Positions 58,801-64,000 of a stretch of 64,000 nucleotides of DNA are shown here, in pieces. Origin of the DNA: Macrostomum lignano (Eukaryota). Where the stretch lies: assembly GCA_002269645.1 (NCBI GenBank), contig NIVC01000150.1, forward strand, positions 496,001 through 560,000, read 5' to 3'. Position 1 is the first letter of the stretch, and every line of letters begins with the position of its first letter. A program made the position numbers and the translations under genes. The notes under the pieces are model-generated. The model had not been told where the DNA came from. It made no database searches and saw nothing but the letters and a program-made list of their open reading frames with translations.

Positions 58801-61800
58801 TGCGGCAGATCCAGCGATGTTGCCACCACAGTTCGATTGTCAGCCTCGGTGACTTGCCCGGAACTGTCGACAAGATTGGCTGTCAGCTTCAGCTGGGTCC
58901 GGCTGTCCGGCTGGGCTGTCGTCCAGCCGCGGTCCGGTGCCAGGCGGACAAAGGACAGAGCTGGGAGTTGGTGATTGGGGGGCTGGTGCGCTTTGGGGAG
59001 TGCAAGTTGGACTGGTCTTGAAACTGGCTGTTAGACTACCTGTTAGACTACCTGTTAGACTACCTGTTAGACTACCCGTTAGACTAGCCTGCTAGAATAC
59101 CTGTTAGACTAGCCTGTTAGACTACGTGTTCGACTACCTGTTCGACTACCTGTTCGACTACCTGTTAGACTAGCCTGTTAGACTAGCCTGTTAGACTAGC
59201 CTGTTAGACTAGCCTGTTAGACTAGCCTGTTAGACTAGCCTGTTAGACTAGCCTGCTAGACTACCTGTTAGACTACCTGTTAGACTAGCCCGTTAGATAA
59301 CCTGTTAGTCTACCTTTTATACTACCTGTTAGACTACCTATTAGACTACCTGTTCGACTACCTGTTCGACTACCTGTTAGACTAGCCTGTTAGACTACCT
59401 GTTAGACTAGCTAGCCTGTTAGACTAGCCTGTTAGACTAGCTAGCCTGTTAGACTAGCCTGTTAGACTAGCTAGCCTGTTAGACTAGCCTGTTAGACTAC
59501 CTGTTAGACTAGCCTGTTAGACTAGCTAGCCTGTTAGACTAGCCTGTTAGACTAGCTAGCCTATTAGACTAGCCTGTTAGACTACCTGTTAGACTACCTT
59601 TTATACTACCTGTTATACTACCTGTTATACTACCTGTTAGACTACCTGTTATACTATGAGTACCTGTTAGACTACCTGTTAGACTAGCCTTTAAACTACC
59701 TGTTAGACTACCTGTTAGACTACCTGTTAGACTAGCCTGTTAGACTAGCTAGCCTGTTAGACTAGCCTGTTAGACTAGCTAGCCTATTAGACTAGCCTGT
59801 TAGACTACCTGTTAGACTACCTTTTATACTACCTGTTATACTACCTGTTATACTACCTGTTAGACTACCTGTTATACTATGAGTACCTGTTAGACTACCT
59901 GTTAGACTAGCCTTTAAACTACCTGTTAGACTACCTGTTAGACTACCTGTTAGACTACCTGTTATACTATGAGTACCTGTTAGACTACCTGTTAGACTAC
60001 CTGTAAAACTGCCTTTTAGACCTGTTTATCCATTCCACCACTTTTTCGTATTAGTATAAGCATTTAGCTACAAAAAATCAGAACATTTATTCTCTTTTTA
60101 TTACTTGCGACCATCGCTATCGCTCAACATATTTCCATTTTTTCAATAAGTGTAACAACCTGTCACATCACACAATTATCGTTAAAACTCGCAACGCAAA
60201 ATAATAACAAAAAATAGCCGAGAACCAAATTACGCTACATGTCGGGCACACTGGCTGTGCGCCCTCCTGCGCAATACTCGCAACAGATAGCTAATAACGC
60301 AATACTGCGTAGCTCTTTAGCTTGAAATGAAACATTTTCAGACTTGTATGCGCATTGCGTGCCAACAAATACAGTTCCAGCGTTTCCGGTTGGGAACTGG
60401 CGCAGACAGCTGGACTCGCTATGTTGAGGCAAAATTACTTTTTATGCAGAGGGGCTGCGTTGTATGAATAATTGTGAGTGAAAATCATACAGTTTGGATT
60501 TTAGTGCGACAATTAGTATGAGTGACTATGAGTGACTATGAGTGACTATGAGCGACTATGAGTTACTTTGGGTGACTATGAGTGACTATGAGTGACTATG
60601 AGTGACTATGAGTGACTATGAGTGACTATGAGTGACTATGAGTGACTATGAGTGACTATGAGTGGCTATGAGTGACTATGAGTGACTATGAGTGACTATG
60701 AGTGAATATGAGTGATTATGAGTGACTATGAGTGAATATGAGTGAATATGAGTGACTATGAGTGACTATGAGTGACTATGAGTGACTATGAGTGACTATG
60801 AGTGACTATGAGTGACTATGAGTTATGACTAGTAGCTCTTTGAAAACTATGAGTCAGTCAGTCAGTCAGTCAGTCAGTCAGTCAGTCAGTCAGTCAGTCA
60901 GTCAGTCAGTCAGTCAGTCAGTCAGTCAGTCAGTCAGTCAGTCAGTCAGTCAGTCAGTCAGTCAGTCAGTCAGTCAGTCAGTCAGTCAGTCAGTCAGTCA
61001 GTCAGTCAGTCAGTCAGTCAGTCAGTCAGTCAGTCAGTCAGTCAGTCAGTCAGTCAGTCAGTCAGTCAGTCAGTCAGTCAGTCAGTCAGTCAGTCAGTCA
61101 GTCAGTCAGTCAGTCAGTCAGTCAGTCAGTCAGTCAGTCAGTCAGTCAGTCAGTCAGTCAGTCAGTCAGTCAGTCAGTCAGTCAGTCAGTCAGTCAGTCA
61201 GTCAGTCAGTCAGTCAGTCAGTCAGTCAGTCAGTCAGTCAGTCAGTCAGTCAGTCAGTCAGTCAGTCAGTCAGTCAGTCAGTCAGTCAGTCAGTCAGTCA
61301 GTCACTCACCCACTCCGCCATCGCCGCCATCAATGCTGAAGTCCTGGGCAGCGGACGCCGCCAGCCCGAAGCCAATGCTATCCACAGCATCAATAACAGA
61401 GGCGGCGGTCTCGGCCAAGTCCTTGGCGTCAGAGTCTGTCAGATTCTTGACAGCTCGCCACAATGGCATGTCAGCGACGGTTCCAACTGTTTTCAACAGA
61501 TTAGCAATCGTCCGAGTTGATGAGTCAGTGTTCGAGGTCAGCTGTTGATTCAGTAAGCTGGTGAATTCTTTCATCGACTTAGCGCTGTCGATATTTTTCT
61601 GGGCATACTCAAGCAACACTGTGGCCTTTTGGCTGTCAGCCAAGTCTGAGTTCATCTGGAATGTTTTTGACGCGTTTAAAAAGAGCTCAGTTGCCTCATT
61701 GATTTTTATTATGACCTCATTCATGCTAAAACGACCTCATCGATACTAAAATGACCTCATAACATTGATTTTACATTGATCTTAAATATTCTACAATGAC

Positions 61801-62715
61801 CACATCAAATCTACAATGACATCATTAAATCTACAATGACATCATCAAATCTACAATGTCATCATCAATTTTATAATAACCTCATTAGTTCTAAATTGAC
61901 CTCAAATATTCTACAATGACCTCATCAAATCTACAATGACATCATCAATTTTATAATAACCTCATTAGTTCTAAATTGATCTTAAATATTCTACAATGAC
62001 CTCATCAAATCTACAATGACCTCATCAAATCTACAATGACCTCATCAAATCTACAATGACATCATTAAATCTACAATGACCTCATCAAATCTACAATGAC
62101 CTCATCAAATCTACAATGACCTCATCAAATCTACAATCACCTCATTAAATCTACAATTACATCATCAATTTTATAATAAACTCATTAGTTCTAAATTGAC
62201 CTCAAATATTCTACAATGACCTCAAAGATTCTAGAATGACTTAATCAATTCTTACAATAACATAATTGTTAGAAAAAAGAACCAATCAATACTTTAACAT
62301 CATCATCAATACTACAATGACATCATAGGTATTAAAATTATCTCATTGTTACTGCAATGACTGTACCAATACTACGATGACCCCATGCATATTGCAATGA
62401 CCTCATGAATATTTCTAATAAATTTATAATCTATGAACTGCTACTATGATCTCATTAACAGTTACAATGGCCCATAAAATCGTTACAAGGATTTCTGAAG
62501 CTGTCCCCAAATCGCATACGAATAGCCACTCACCGTTAAATTCAGTTCCTTTAAATTTGCTGGCGAAGGCTGGCACTCGCCATTGGCATCAAGGTAGGAT
62601 CGCTCGGAGCCCTCATAAGTGCTGCAGGCGTTTCGGCTGGGACTCTCCGTTGTTGAACAGGTGGCGCACGGCGTTTCTAAATGCGGTGGAGTGGTTTTCC
62701 AAATTACCTTAAATT
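55851..62715 (-). CDS. Adhesion GPCR, 3' part: exons ~62715-62534 (HRM-like, tentative), 61655-61310, 59023-58077, 57591-57241, 56252-55851; 5' exons not resolved, probably extending to or beyond the window end
   Basis: GPS-type motif C..(x)..GC..TACLCNHLSSFAVVV followed by secretin/adhesion-class TM segments (TYVCLGLSILCLLLT; CKIVSGAAVYLFLAVFCWLLCEG; CWLS...WAFLGPVLFVCAVNLAIFVAIL; LLGLTWLL; YLFVLLTGLQGCFIF). Helical GAIN-A-like exon at 61655-61310. GT-AG junctions are in phase (0,1,0,0). The last exon and 3' end are uncertain. Confidence 0.82.
56306..57212. repeat. 15-bp (GAGACGAATCTCATT)x~60 filling an aGPCR intron
   Basis: Direct reading. Confidence 0.98.
57640..58040. repeat. 17-bp (CACCCACCTCACTCCTG)n filling an aGPCR intron
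   Basis: Reverse complement of the CAP intron-6 unit. Confidence 0.97.
59028..61303. repeat. Intronic repeat cluster: 12/13-bp (TTAGACTA[G]CCTG)n at 59028-60005, 10-bp (ATGAGTGACT)n at 60520-60830, (GTCA)n at 60850-61303
   Basis: Direct reading. Confidence 0.95.
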
Positions 62716-63320
62716 CTGGGGATTCTTATATAAATTGTAAAAATTTACCTCATTAATTACAGAGACGTAAATCTTATACGATCGATGGGGCAATCTCAAG
62801 GGGATTACCAAGAGAATCGCAAGGGGAATCCTAAAGGCTATCCCAGGGAAATCCGAAAGGGTAATCCCCAGGGAAATCCGAAAGGTTATCCCCAGGGAAA
62901 TCCGAAAGGGTATCCCCAGGGAAATCCCAAAGAGTATCCCCAGGGATATCCCAAAGGGTATCCCCAGGGAAATCCCAAAGCGTATCCCAGGAAAATCGCA
63001 AAGAGAATTGCAGAGGAATTCCCAAGAGAATTTCCAAGGTTTAAAGCGGAATCCCAAGTGGGAATCCCAAAGAGGAATCCCAAAGGTGAATTCCGAACGG
63101 GAATCCCAAGGGGAATACAAACTGGTGAACCCCAAAAGGAATCTCAAAGGAAACCTTCTAAGGAAATTTCGAAAGGAAATCTTTAAGGGAATCCCAGGGA
63201 AATTCCGGACCAGAATTCCCATACTGCAGAGTCCTTCAAAGAAAATCAAATGCAGGAATTCGGTGAATTGTGCGGGAAATCCCATACTACTTCGAGGGGA
63301 AATACTAAGGGAGTCGCCTT
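61700..63320. repeat. Degenerate 20-bp (CTACAATGACCTCATCAAAT)n at 61700-62400 and degenerate GGGAAATCC/GGGTATCCC repeats at 62790-63320
   Basis: Direct reading. Confidence 0.85.
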
Positions 63321-64000
63321 TCATTTTTGTTAAAGCATTCAGAATGAAAAGTTAAATTCATTTCGAAGATTAAATTCTAAAAGAATGCGAACAAATTCCT
63401 GGGAAATAAACTTATTCAAAATGATTTATGAAGCCAAGCAGAGAACCAAGTAAACAACATGAAGAATTTTCCAAATCCCACTTCACTTTCTTGCCAAACT
63501 CCAGACGGAATCGAACAGGTTATCCCAGCGAATGTACTTTTCATATCAATGAATAATAATTCACTGTCGGAGATGCTGAATCCACGTTTTTTAAACCAAC
63601 CACTTGCACCTTCGGATTCAGCGATATTGACTGCCTGGGCTTGCCGCATCTTACCAAGCACGCAGGCCTGTGCATCTTCCTCCTTTCAGCTTCCCTAATG
63701 TACTTTCTCCCCCGCCCGTTCTTCATCTATCAGATAGTCTTCAACCCTAGAAGGTACAGCCGAAGAAAAGTCGACGGTCACGGGATGGAAAATAGCGAAC
63801 TAAGCTTATCTATAAAATTAGTTGCATTTACAATCCAACGAATTGCTTTGGCTAAATGAATTCGATGGATAGGAAATAAAGAATTGGCTAGGGGTTAAAC
63901 TGTGCAGTCTTTATGAATTTCTTTAATCTCTTGATCATTGATTGCTGATTGCTGGACCCTTTGCAAATACTAAATATTAATTCCCTGTTGTGCCCCAGTC

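Noticed and set aside
61656-61724. MNEVIIKINEATELFLNASKTFQ as the start of the GAIN-A exon
   Set aside because: Derived from the adjacent ATGACCTCAT-type repeat; the acceptor TTCCAG|61655 is stronger and in phase with the upstream exon.
63416-63661. Minus-strand ORF containing TCSIPSGVWQE as a further aGPCR exon
   Set aside because: AT-rich, with no convincing acceptor and donor pair; not included without transcript support.

Overview
Eukaryotic (metazoan) genomic DNA, very rich in micro- and minisatellites. The style of repeats and GC3-rich exons suggest a free-living flatworm such as Macrostomum, but this is inference. Three spliced host genes can be reconstructed with in-phase GT-AG junctions. 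(1) A Scratch-type Snail-superfamily zinc-finger gene (+, 5580-8518, 3 exons). (2) A secreted, probably GPI-anchored CAP/SCP-EGF-EGF-SEA-like protein (+, 37066-46957, 7 exons, 505 aa). (3) The 3' part of an adhesion GPCR (-, about 62715 to 55851: HRM-like, GAIN/GPS, 7TM). Three near-complete retrotransposons of different orders lie within 25 kb. A Ty3/Gypsy LTR element with identical 191-bp LTRs sits inside a (TAAC)n array (30703-35090). A tyrosine-recombinase Ngaro-type element with split direct repeats lies antisense in intron 2 of the CAP gene (38603-42930). A full-length APE-RT-RNaseH LINE (LOA-like) has a 14-bp TSD (50431-55808). The most striking observation is in the Ngaro element. One strong splice donor ends a SAP-domain leader exon, and it is in phase with acceptors in front of gag, pol and the ATG-less tyrosine recombinase. 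This suggests one leader exon may be spliced onto all three ORFs. Most long ORFs in the supplied track are artefacts of tandem repeats.
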